NCBI GenBank assembly: GCA_902511185.1
Contig: CABXEK010000001.1
Coordinates: 6,645-70,644, forward strand
Source: an uncultured Pelagibacteraceae bacterium
Lineage (GTDB): Bacteria; Pseudomonadota; Alphaproteobacteria; Pelagibacterales; Pelagibacteraceae
Direction: 5' to 3'
DNA length: 64,000 bases
Part shown: positions 45,394 through 54,909 of the stretch, one piece after another
Layout: every line of letters starts with the position of its first letter
How positions within the stretch are numbered: position 1 is the first letter of the stretch
Notes under the pieces: generated by a model
Database searches by the model: none
The model's input: only the letters and a program-made list of their open reading frames with translations
Told to the model about the DNA's origin: nothing
Program-made: the position numbers and the translations under genes

Positions 45394-48300
45394 TACAATT
45401 TAGTAGGCATTGGTTTTTCACCATCAATTTTATATTTTTTTATAGCTTCTTTTGCATATTTTGAAGCTATTAACTGCTCTTTAGCTAAAATACTCAAACT
45501 ATAAGCAACTAAATGTTCTTTATCTACTTCAAAGAACTTTCTTAAATTTTTTCTAGTATCACTTCTACCAAAACCATCTGTTCCTAAGGAGTAAAAACTT
45601 TTATTAGTATATGGTCTTATTTGATCTGAGTTCATTCTCATATAATCTGATGCAGCCATTATTGGACCTTCAGATTTTCCCAAGCATTTTTCAACAAATG
45701 AAATTTTTTGATCTTTATCAGGGTTTAAAAGATTATATCTTTCGACTTCCATTCCATCTTTTCTTAACTCATTAAAACTTGTTACACTCCAAATTTCACT
45801 ATCAATTTTATACTCATCTTGAAGAACATCGGCTGCAGCAATCATTTCACGTAGGATAGTGCCCGATCCTAAAAGCTGAATTTTTATCTTCTTAAACTTA
45901 TTACATTCTTTAATCTTATACATCCCTTTAAGAATACCCTCTTCACAGTTTTTATCTTTTGGCATTTCAGGATGAGAGTAATTTTCATTCATTGTGGTAA
46001 TATAGTAAAAAACATTTTCTTTTTTTTCATGCATTCTTCTTAGGCCTTCTCTAAAAATTACAGCTAACTCGTAATGAAAAGTTGGATCATAAGTTACACA
46101 ATTGGGTATCGTAGAAGCAATTAAGTGGCTATGTCCATCTTGGTGTTGAAGCCCTTCTCCAGCTAAAGTAGTTCTTCCTGCTGTGGCCCCAATTAAAAAT
46201 CCTCTTGCTTGACTATCCCCTGCAGCCCAAGCAAGATCTCCAATTCTTTGAAAACCAAACATAGAATAAAAAATATAAATTGGTATCATTTCTATATCAT
46301 GGTTTGTGTAAGCTGTAGCAGCCGCTATCCAAGATGACATTGCTCCAGCTTCATTAATTCCTTCTTCTAATACCTGACCACTCTTATCTTCTCGATATGA
46401 GCTTAACTGTGCAGAATCTTCTGGCTCATATTTCTGACCTTCATGAGCGTAAATTCCTATTTTTTGAAAAAAACCTTCCATTCCAAATGTTCTTGCTTCA
46501 TCAGGAATTATTGGAACTAACCTTGGTGAAATATTTTTGTCTCTTAACAAATTTGTAAACATTCTAACCATTGCCATAGTTGTTGACATTTCTTTTTCAC
46601 CAGTCGAAACTTTCATAAAATCAAAAATATCTTTTGATGGAGCCTTAATTGGTTTTGCATAGGTTGTTCTTTCAGGTAAATAACCACCTAAATTTAATCT
46701 TCTTTCTTTTAAATATTTAATTTCAGGAGATTTTTCATCAGGTTTGAAATATTCAATATTTCTAACTTGCTCATCTGTTAAAGGAACATCAAATCGATCT
46801 CTGTAGTATAGTAAATCATCAACATCTAATTTTTTTGTTTGATGTGTTGTGTTCACACTCTCACCAGTCTTACCCATCCCATACCCCTTAATAGTCTTTG
46901 CAATAATTACTGTGGGGCTTCCTTGGTTTTTTGTAGCTTTTTCATAAGCGGCATACACCTTGTGGGGATCGTGACCACCTCTATTTAATCTCCAAATATC
47001 TTTATCTGATAAGCTTGATACTAGCTCTTGTGTTTCAGGATATTTACCAAAAAACTTTTCTCTAACATAAGCTCCATCTCTAGCTTTCATTGCTTGGTAC
47101 TCACCATCAACTGTTTCATTCATTATTTTAACTAAATGACCTGTTTTATCATTGGCTATCAACGAGTCCCAATATGAACCCCAAATTACTTTGATTACAT
47201 TCCAGCCAGCTCCACGGAAGCTACCCTCTAGTTCTTGAATAATTTTTCCATTTCCTCTTACAGGTCCATCAAGTCTTTGAAGATTGCAATTTACTACAAA
47301 TATTAAATTATCTAACTTTTCTCTCGCTGCTAGTCCAATGGCACCCATCGATTCAGGTTCATCCATTTCTCCATCACCCAAAAAAGCCCAAACTTTTCGA
47401 CCTTCATCTTTTATAAGTCCTCTATTAATAAGATATTTCATGTATCTAGCTTGGTAAATTGCAAGCATAGGACCTAAGCCCATTGAAACTGTTGGAAATT
47501 GCCAAAACTTAGGCATTAACCACGGGTGTGGATATGAAGATAATCCACCAGGTTTTACTTCTTGTCTAAAACTATCAAGTTGTGTTTCATTTAATCTTCC
47601 TTCTAAAAAAGCTCTTGCATACATTCCTGGAGCACTGTGACCTTGAAAATAAACTAAATCTCCACCAAATCTATTATTTTTGGCTCTCCAAAAATGGTTC
47701 ATTCCTACATCATATAATGTAGCTGCAGATGCAAACGTTCCTATGTGACCACCAAGTTCTGGAAATTTTTTGTTCGCTCTAACTACCATTGCAGCAGCAT
47801 TCCATCTAATTAATGATCTAATTCTTCTCTCAATATTTTGATCTCCATTTGATTTAACTTCTGCCTCTGGAGGAATTGTATTTATATATGGTGTGTTCTG
47901 TGTGTAAGGAATATTAGCACCTTCACGATATGCTTTATTAATTAATTCCTTAATTAAAAAATGAGCTCTTTCATTTCCATCTTTCGCAACTACTGCTGAT
48001 AAAGATTCTAACCAATCTTGAGTTTCAAGCGGATCTATGTCATTATTATTAGTTACTTGAATAATTGATTGTTGTTTTTCTTGAGATGGTTTTTGAGTAG
48101 TTGTAATTTCTTTTTTTTTTTTCTCTATTGCAACTTCAGCTTGCTTAATAATACTTTCAGTATCTTTAGGAATTGGTTTTTCAGATGAAGTAAAATTTAA
48201 AAGTAAATCTCCCTTTGAAACCTTATCACCTACCTTGACTTCTACCGACTCAATTTTTCCAGAAATTGTTGATGGTATTTCAACACTTGATTTATCACTC

Positions 48301-48416
48301 TCAATTGTAACCACTGGATCATTTGTTTTTATTTGATCTCCAGGTTTTACAAGTAGTTCGATTATCTCTACATTTTCAAATTCACCAATATCAGGAACAA
48401 GTAGTTTTTCGCTCAT
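45393..48416 (-). CDS. aceE: pyruvate dehydrogenase E1 (homodimeric AceE type) with N-terminal lipoyl domain
   Basis: DIDPLETQDW, FQGHSAPG, PTVSMGLG, GDGEMDEPE; residues ~1-77 hold ESDKSSVEIP. Confidence 0.97.
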   Translation of the reverse strand: MSEKLLVPDIGEFENVEIIELLVKPGDQIKTNDPVVTIESDKSSVEIPSTISGKIESVEVKVGDKVSKGDLLLNFTSSEKPIPKDTESIIKQAEVAIEKKKKEITTTQKPSQEKQQSIIQVTNNNDIDPLETQDWLESLSAVVAKDGNERAHFLIKELINKAYREGANIPYTQNTPYINTIPPEAEVKSNGDQNIERRIRSLIRWNAAAMVVRANKKFPELGGHIGTFASAATLYDVGMNHFWRAKNNRFGGDLVYFQGHSAPGMYARAFLEGRLNETQLDSFRQEVKPGGLSSYPHPWLMPKFWQFPTVSMGLGPMLAIYQARYMKYLINRGLIKDEGRKVWAFLGDGEMDEPESMGAIGLAAREKLDNLIFVVNCNLQRLDGPVRGNGKIIQELEGSFRGAGWNVIKVIWGSYWDSLIANDKTGHLVKIMNETVDGEYQAMKARDGAYVREKFFGKYPETQELVSSLSDKDIWRLNRGGHDPHKVYAAYEKATKNQGSPTVIIAKTIKGYGMGKTGESVNTTHQTKKLDVDDLLYYRDRFDVPLTDEQVRNIEYFKPDEKSPEIKYLKERRLNLGGYLPERTTYAKPIKAPSKDIFDFMKVSTGEKEMSTTMAMVRMFTNLLRDKNISPRLVPIIPDEARTFGMEGFFQKIGIYAHEGQKYEPEDSAQLSSYREDKSGQVLEEGINEAGAMSSWIAAATAYTNHDIEMIPIYIFYSMFGFQRIGDLAWAAGDSQARGFLIGATAGRTTLAGEGLQHQDGHSHLIASTIPNCVTYDPTFHYELAVIFREGLRRMHEKKENVFYYITTMNENYSHPEMPKDKNCEEGILKGMYKIKECNKFKKIKIQLLGSGTILREMIAAADVLQDEYKIDSEIWSVTSFNELRKDGMEVERYNLLNPDKDQKISFVEKCLGKSEGPIMAASDYMRMNSDQIRPYTNKSFYSLGTDGFGRSDTRKNLRKFFEVDKEHLVAYSLSILAKEQLIASKYAKEAIKKYKIDGEKPMPTKL

Positions 48417-48546
48417 TATTTTAAGATGCTTTATATACCTAAAAAAGATTTATTTAATTTTATTTTATCACATTAATTAAGGTTTTTTTGAAAACATGTA
48501 TTTTTATTGAACAAAAAGTTGTAAAAACAAATAAAATTATAGCTTT

Positions 48547-49722
48547 TTAGGTTTTTTCAACACACATTGCGATACCCATTCCACCTCCAATACAGAGTGC
48601 GGCACAACCTTTTTTTTTATTTTGTTTTTTCATTTCATGAATAAGTGTTACTAATATTCTTGCCCCAGATGCTCCAATAGGGTGACCTAAGGCAATAGCT
48701 CCACCATTTACATTAACTTTATTGTGATCAATATTTAATTGATTAATTACAGCAATACACTGAGCAGAAAATGCTTCATTAATTTCAAATAAATCAACAT
48801 CTTCTAGACTCCAATTTGCTTTTTTTAGCGCTTCATGAATTGCTTTAATCGGTCCTAGCCCCATCATTGAAGGCTCAACTCCAACAGAAGCCCAAGATAC
48901 TATTTTTGCTAAAGGCTGTATCGATTTTTTTTTAGCTTCATCTAATGTCATTAATAAAAGAGCAGCAGCACCATCGTTTATTCCCGCTGAATTACCAGGT
49001 GTGACTGTACCATTTTCTTTAAATACAGTTCTTAATTTTTGGAGATCAGATAGCTTTATATTTAACCTTGGATGTTCATCTATATTTAAGATATTCCCAT
49101 CTTGATTTATACTAGTCAGCTCATCTTTAAATCTATCTTCCTGAATTGCTTTTTGAGTTTTTTTTTGAGAATTTAATGCAAAATTATCTTGTTCCTCTCT
49201 TGATATATTAAATTTTTTTGCAATGTTTTCAGCTGTTACACCCATATGATAGTTGTTAAAGGAGTCCATCAAACCATCATTTATCATAGTGTCTATCAAT
49301 TTTTCCTCTAAAAATTTTTTTTCGTATCTATATAAAATTGAATGTGGGGCAATTGACATATTTTCTTGTCCACCTGAAATTACTTTTGTTGCTTCCCCAA
49401 GTTTTAATAATTGATAACCTGAAATCACTGCTCTTAGACCTGATCCGCAAACCTGATTAACTAAATGTGCTGGAGTATGAACTGGTATGCCAGCGTTTAT
49501 AGCTGCTTGTCTTGCTGGATTTTGTCCATTACCAGCAGTCAAAACTTGACCCATAATAACCTCATCAATTTCCTCTATATTGATGTTTGTCTTACTGATT
49601 AAATCTTTGATTACTTTTGAGCCAAGTTTGTCAGCACTTAAATTTTTAAGTGCACCCTTATAACTACCAATTGGTGTTCTTATGCCCTCTATAATAACAA
49701 CATCTTTAAAATTCTTTTGCAT
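48547..49722 (-). CDS. acetyl-CoA C-acetyltransferase (thiolase II)
   Basis: GQNPARQA, VCGSG, NEAF, GHPIGASG and CIGGGMG motifs. Confidence 0.96.
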   Translation of the reverse strand: MQKNFKDVVIIEGIRTPIGSYKGALKNLSADKLGSKVIKDLISKTNINIEEIDEVIMGQVLTAGNGQNPARQAAINAGIPVHTPAHLVNQVCGSGLRAVISGYQLLKLGEATKVISGGQENMSIAPHSILYRYEKKFLEEKLIDTMINDGLMDSFNNYHMGVTAENIAKKFNISREEQDNFALNSQKKTQKAIQEDRFKDELTSINQDGNILNIDEHPRLNIKLSDLQKLRTVFKENGTVTPGNSAGINDGAAALLLMTLDEAKKKSIQPLAKIVSWASVGVEPSMMGLGPIKAIHEALKKANWSLEDVDLFEINEAFSAQCIAVINQLNIDHNKVNVNGGAIALGHPIGASGARILVTLIHEMKKQNKKKGCAALCIGGGMGIAMCVEKT

Positions 49723-49744
49723 ATAAAATTAATCTTTCAATAAT

Positions 49745-50629
49745 TTATTTTTTAAAAATTACAAACTTTAATACAAATTTAAGATAAGCAAGAATTTTTG
49801 AAAAATAATAAACACATTTGCTAAATCTAAATAAAAATAAATTTAAAATTGTTTTAATAAAATATTTATAAATTTTTTTTTTTAAAGTTTGTAATTTTTT
49901 TGTGTGTGCATTGTTTTTATAATAATAATACAATTCATCAAAAGTAAAATGAAAATTTCTAATAAAAATTTTATTATATTTTCCTTTAACTTTTAAGTCT
50001 CCATGATTATGTGTTGCTTTTGAATTAAATACTTGAATTATTGCTTTTTTATGAGCTTTAGCTCTTCTACATAATTCATCATCTACAAAATATATGAAGA
50101 AGTTTGTATCTATTGACCCTATTTCTTTTAATTCACTTATTTTAAATAAAATAGCCGTAGTTATAACTGTTTCTACACAACTATCTCCGTCTAAATTAAG
50201 TGGTAAAGATTTATGTCCACTTTCAGGTAGCAAACCTCCATTGTAAGTTAAATTATTATTCTCATCATAAAGAGTAGGTGCCACTATTAAACAATCTTGA
50301 TATTTATTTTTTGCCTCATAGAGAAGATAAATATTGTTCTCAGTTAAAAGACAGTCAGCATTTAAAAAAAGCATGTGAGTAGTGTCACATTGATTAATAC
50401 CTTGATTTGCAGCACTTGCAAATCCAATATTTTTATTATTTAAGATGTATTTATAAATTTTAAATTCTTTAGTAATTTTTTTTTTTAAAATATCATCATT
50501 TGCATTATCAATAATTATTATTTTAAAATTTTTAATATTTTTAAGACAATTACTAACCATTTCATGGTCCTCTTGATATAAAATCATTAAAATAGTAATT
50601 TGATTTTGAAAAGAATCTATTTTATTCAT
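49745..50629 (-). CDS. glycosyltransferase family 2 (rhamnosyltransferase-like)
   Basis: IIIDN, NIGFASAANQG, FLNAD and FFIYFVDDELC motifs. Confidence 0.9.
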   Translation of the reverse strand: MNKIDSFQNQITILMILYQEDHEMVSNCLKNIKNFKIIIIDNANDDILKKKITKEFKIYKYILNNKNIGFASAANQGINQCDTTHMLFLNADCLLTENNIYLLYEAKNKYQDCLIVAPTLYDENNNLTYNGGLLPESGHKSLPLNLDGDSCVETVITTAILFKISELKEIGSIDTNFFIYFVDDELCRRAKAHKKAIIQVFNSKATHNHGDLKVKGKYNKIFIRNFHFTFDELYYYYKNNAHTKKLQTLKKKIYKYFIKTILNLFLFRFSKCVYYFSKILAYLKFVLKFVIFKK

Positions 50630-50634
50630 CAGAT

Positions 50635-51168
50635 TTATATAATTTTTTCTTTAATTAATTCCTTAAGATTTTTTGCATTTGCATCTTTTTTTGATACAAT
50701 TAATCTTGTTTTAGGCAATTTTATCTTAAGATATGGATCTTTATAAGAAAGGCTATATTCATTACCTATTGATCTATATTCTGTACAATTATAGTAAACA
50801 ATATTTTCTTTTTCTAAAGTTAGAAATCCATGTGCAAAACCAGATGGAATAAAAATTGATTTACAATTTTTATCTGTCAAAATAATTGAAAATACTTGAC
50901 CAAACGTTTTTGATTTTTTTCTTAAATCAACAGCAATATCTAGAATTTTCCCTTTAATTACACTTATATATTTTGCTTGTGGTTTCCTAAGTTGAAAATG
51001 TAATCCTCTTAAAACATGTTTCTTTGATTTTGAAAGAATTTGAAATTTAAATTTTTTACCTATTTTATTTTCACGAAGTATTTCAATTAAATGGCCTCTT
51101 TTATCTTTATGTTTTTGTCGTTCAAATATTATTAAATCTTTAAATTTTGTTTTAAACGATTTAACCAT
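50635..51168 (-). CDS. dTDP-sugar 3,5-/5-epimerase (RmlC/EvaD family)
   Basis: DKRG, VLRGLHFQ, DIAVDLR..S.TFG and GFAHGF motifs. Confidence 0.93.
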   Translation of the reverse strand: MVKSFKTKFKDLIIFERQKHKDKRGHLIEILRENKIGKKFKFQILSKSKKHVLRGLHFQLRKPQAKYISVIKGKILDIAVDLRKKSKTFGQVFSIILTDKNCKSIFIPSGFAHGFLTLEKENIVYYNCTEYRSIGNEYSLSYKDPYLKIKLPKTRLIVSKKDANAKNLKELIKEKII

Positions 51169-52293
51169 TTAAATTAATTGTTTTAATTCTTTAATTACAA
51201 TTCCTTGTTCTTCATCTGTTAAGGTTGGATACATAGGTAGTGAAAATATTTTTTTTGAATTCTCCTCTGTCTTTTTCAAACATGTGCATGATGAACAAAC
51301 AAAATGTTTATACGCATCCATTATGTGGATAGGCCAAGGATAACTGATATTAAGGTGAATATCTTTTTTTAGTAAGCCCGACATTATTCTTTCTCTCTCT
51401 GGATGTGACACAACATAAATATAGTAAGCATGTTTGTTGTCCGGATGCTCAATTGGCAGTTCAATTTCAAAATCTTTTAATTCCCTATTATATCTATTTG
51501 CTATTTCTCTCCTACGATCAATCCATTCATTTAAATAAGGTAATTTTTTCAACATTATTGCTGCATGAACTTCGTCTAATCTTGAATTAGTTCCATGTTC
51601 TACTGCATAATATTTACCATTCCAATGACCTGATGACATTTTCTTTTTTTCCATTCCTAAAAATCTTATACGTTTCATTCGATCATATAATTTTTCATCA
51701 TTGGTTGTAATGAAACCACCATCACCATACGCTCCAAATATCTTTGTAGGATAAAAAGAAAAACAACCAACATCACCTATAGATCCTGCTTTTTTATTTT
51801 TATATGTTGCCCCATGAGATTGAGCACAATCTTCAATTATTTTTAATTTATTTTTTTTTGCAATGTTCATTATTTCATCCATTTCACACATTTGACCATA
51901 AAGATGAACAGGGACTATTGCTTTGGTTTTATTATTAATAAAATTTTCTATTTTTGTAACATCGATTAGTGAGTACTTATTTATATCTACAAATTTTACA
52001 GACGCACCCGCATTTACAATTGCTGTTACCGTTGGCACTGCAGTGTTTGATGTTGTTAAAACCTCATCACCAGGACCAATATCAAGAGCCTTTAATGCTA
52101 TTGTAATTGCATCAGTACAGTTTCCAACTCCTATTCCATACTTGGAGTCATGATAGCTAGAAAATTTTGTTTCAAACTCATCTAGTTTTGGTCCAAAAAT
52201 GAGAGTTCCATTTTTAAAAACATCGTCAACTGCATTTAAAATATCGTCTCTTAATAGTTCGTATTCTTTAAGATAATCCCAAACTTTAATCAT
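51169..52293 (-). CDS. DegT/DnrJ family sugar aminotransferase (DnrJ/EvaB-like C3 type)
   Basis: VWDYLKEY N-terminus, EDCAQSHG, SFYPTK, NSRLDE and DIHLNISYPWPIH motifs. Confidence 0.93.
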   Translation of the reverse strand: MIKVWDYLKEYELLRDDILNAVDDVFKNGTLIFGPKLDEFETKFSSYHDSKYGIGVGNCTDAITIALKALDIGPGDEVLTTSNTAVPTVTAIVNAGASVKFVDINKYSLIDVTKIENFINNKTKAIVPVHLYGQMCEMDEIMNIAKKNKLKIIEDCAQSHGATYKNKKAGSIGDVGCFSFYPTKIFGAYGDGGFITTNDEKLYDRMKRIRFLGMEKKKMSSGHWNGKYYAVEHGTNSRLDEVHAAIMLKKLPYLNEWIDRRREIANRYNRELKDFEIELPIEHPDNKHAYYIYVVSHPERERIMSGLLKKDIHLNISYPWPIHIMDAYKHFVCSSCTCLKKTEENSKKIFSLPMYPTLTDEEQGIVIKELKQLI

Positions 52294-52313
52294 GAAGCAT
52301 ATAAATTACATTT

Positions 52314-53573
52314 TTAAATTACTTTATCAATATTAAAGCTAGCAAAAAGGTTTCTAGCTTCTATAGTGAGAAGATCTCTTTTTATAAGGTCAATTATTTG
52401 ATTGTGTGACACCCATATAAAATTTTTTGCAAGAAAAACTTTATCATTTTCTTTTAAAACACGTATTAAGTTATGAGTTTCATTTTTATAAAATCTGCCA
52501 CCTTCATCAGAATTAACATATTTTATTATATCTTTTTGATTTTTAAAAAAATTATAAAATCTTATATTGCTGTTTCTCGTCTTATAGTTAAAATTTTTAA
52601 TAGAAATTGTAGTAGTAAATCTAGGCAAGACTAAGCCTGGTTCTTGTACAGCTTTTAATAGATAATGATTTGTATTATTTTTTTTTTTAATCAGAAAACC
52701 ATTAAAAGAAATAGAATGATCACTAATAATTGGTTGATGCCATTCTTTTACCTCTCTAGAATTAGTTTTAATTCTTAAAAAAAAGATAGAAAAAAACTTT
52801 TTTTTGTTATCTGAAATTTTATTTTTAAAAATTCTCCAATTTTTTAAATCTTTGAAAGAAATAGCTTTTTTTTTAATTTGAATTCTTTTTTTTAAATCTT
52901 TTAAAATATCAATTATAGATGAGCTGTTATTAATGGGAGTATCTAAAATATTTTTTTGTATTGAGCTTGAAAGAACAGAAATCGTATCCATATTCAATAA
53001 ATTTTTTTTTTTTAACAAATATTCAAGATTTTTTTTTGTAACCCAAATAAAGTTATTTAATTTCTTTATTTTTTTATTTTTTAAATCAATCAATATATTA
53101 TTATTTGATTTATCATAATATCTTGTACCTTGTTCAGACAACCTCAAATTTGTAATAATTTTGGTATTTAATTTATTATTGATAAAAAAATTTAGGTACT
53201 TAGTTTTTTTTCCACCATGTTTTTGCAAATAATTGCTTTTAGTTGCTTGTACTGTAGGAGATAGTTGTATTCCTTTTATATTTCCAGGCTCTACTTTAGC
53301 TTGTAAAAGGTAATAATCGATTGATTTATAAACTTTTTTTATTATTCCTAATATGCCTACTTCCTTTTGAACTATTAATGGTTGGAACCAAAACTTATTT
53401 TTATTTTGCTGAAATCTAAATGGGACAATAGAAAAAAAACTCCTATTATAATTATAAATTTTCTTATTTTCTATTTTCCAATTTACAATATCTGCAATAT
53501 TTATCTTGGATGACTTCATTAAATTTTTTTTTTTTTGAACTAAAATCCATCTATTAAGATCTGCTAATTTCAT
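52314..53573 (-). CDS. NDP-hexose 2,3-dehydratase (EvaA/TylX3 family)
   Basis: W.QPLIVQ.EVGILG, LLQAKVEPGN, QLSPTVQATKSNY, SEQG; second repeat WHQPII...SDEGGRFY. Confidence 0.92.
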   Translation of the reverse strand: MKLADLNRWILVQKKKNLMKSSKINIADIVNWKIENKKIYNYNRSFFSIVPFRFQQNKNKFWFQPLIVQKEVGILGIIKKVYKSIDYYLLQAKVEPGNIKGIQLSPTVQATKSNYLQKHGGKKTKYLNFFINNKLNTKIITNLRLSEQGTRYYDKSNNNILIDLKNKKIKKLNNFIWVTKKNLEYLLKKKNLLNMDTISVLSSSIQKNILDTPINNSSSIIDILKDLKKRIQIKKKAISFKDLKNWRIFKNKISDNKKKFFSIFFLRIKTNSREVKEWHQPIISDHSISFNGFLIKKKNNTNHYLLKAVQEPGLVLPRFTTTISIKNFNYKTRNSNIRFYNFFKNQKDIIKYVNSDEGGRFYKNETHNLIRVLKENDKVFLAKNFIWVSHNQIIDLIKRDLLTIEARNLFASFNIDKVI

Positions 53574-54766
53574 TTTAAGCCAATAATTCTTACTTTTGGA
53601 ACGTGCGTAATAAATTTACCACCTCTCTTGAGGAATTTAATTTCTTTTTTTTTAATTTCTTTAAGAAAATTCCATGCACCTAAAAATGCATAATCTATAT
53701 CTTTGGGTATTCCTTGATTTGAGGGTTTAATTAAAATATGTTTTCCTGGTGTATATTTTCCTTGTTTATTTTTTGTGGAGTCAAGCACATATTTAATTAA
53801 ATCACTTCCTATATTACAAAAATTAAATATTGTTGCTGATTTATAAGTTGCTCCAAAGCTAATAACATTTTTTCTATTTTTTTTAAGCCTTTTTAGTAAT
53901 AACTTCAGTTTAATTTTTGAATTTTTTACTCTTTTTGCAAAATTTTTATAAGTTAAAAATTTATGTAAGCCTTGTTTTAACTCTTTAGCTCTTAAAATTT
54001 TAACCTTATTTTTAATTAAATATTTAGCATTATCTTTGCAAACATAAAATCTTACAGATCCACCGTGTGTATTCAGTAATTCTACATCAAAAACTTTGAG
54101 TTTTGATTTTTTTAATAGATTTGAAATTGCTATTAAAGAAAAAACATGTACGTGCTCATCATAGAACTGATCATATGAATTCATTTGAATTACAGAACCC
54201 AAATATGGATCTTCAAATACAAAAACTCCATCATTACTTAAAGATTTATAAACTGCATCAAATGTTTCTTTTAAATCTGGAATATGAGAAATTGTATTAG
54301 CAGAATAAATCAAATCAAATTTTGATTTTTTTTTTAAAATTTTATTTGCAAGATTTTTATTCCAAAATTTTGGATATGTTAAGTATCCCATTTTTTTTGT
54401 AATTTTTGCTAAATTTAGACAAGGCTCAACAGCAATAATTTTATTTTTTTTAAAATTTTTTAAAAAAACACCATCATTACTTCCTATTTCCATCGATAGA
54501 TTTGGTTTAAATCTTGATTTTAATTTATTAGCAACAGTCTTAAACGACTCATTCATTGTAATTGATTGAGAAGCTCTATGAGCATATTTATCTGTATATT
54601 GTTTTTTAGGATCAACTGGTTCTGATAGGGACACAAGATAATTTTCAGTGTTAAACATTACAGATAAGTTGTAGAAATATTCTTGTCTTATATCTTTTTT
54701 GTTAATCGAGCTTAAATATGAGTTTGTAATTGGTTGATTTAATAAGTCTAAAAATTTTTTTTTCAT
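53570..54766 (-). CDS. NDP-hexose C3-methyltransferase (EvaC/TcaB9-like)
   Basis: EIGSNDG, FEDPYLG, DQFYDEH, THGGS, GATYKSAT and AWN motifs. Confidence 0.92.
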   Translation of the reverse strand: MKKKFLDLLNQPITNSYLSSINKKDIRQEYFYNLSVMFNTENYLVSLSEPVDPKKQYTDKYAHRASQSITMNESFKTVANKLKSRFKPNLSMEIGSNDGVFLKNFKKNKIIAVEPCLNLAKITKKMGYLTYPKFWNKNLANKILKKKSKFDLIYSANTISHIPDLKETFDAVYKSLSNDGVFVFEDPYLGSVIQMNSYDQFYDEHVHVFSLIAISNLLKKSKLKVFDVELLNTHGGSVRFYVCKDNAKYLIKNKVKILRAKELKQGLHKFLTYKNFAKRVKNSKIKLKLLLKRLKKNRKNVISFGATYKSATIFNFCNIGSDLIKYVLDSTKNKQGKYTPGKHILIKPSNQGIPKDIDYAFLGAWNFLKEIKKKEIKFLKRGGKFITHVPKVRIIGLK

Positions 54767-54909
54767 TATAGTTAATAATTTAAATTTTATTTGTTGGTGT
54801 TATATATTATAAATTAATACAAATAATCAAGAATCTTTGTAATGTTTAATAATTAACAAAGCTTAAATTAACATTATTCTAGATTACCAATAAATGTAAT
54901 TTATAAGTT

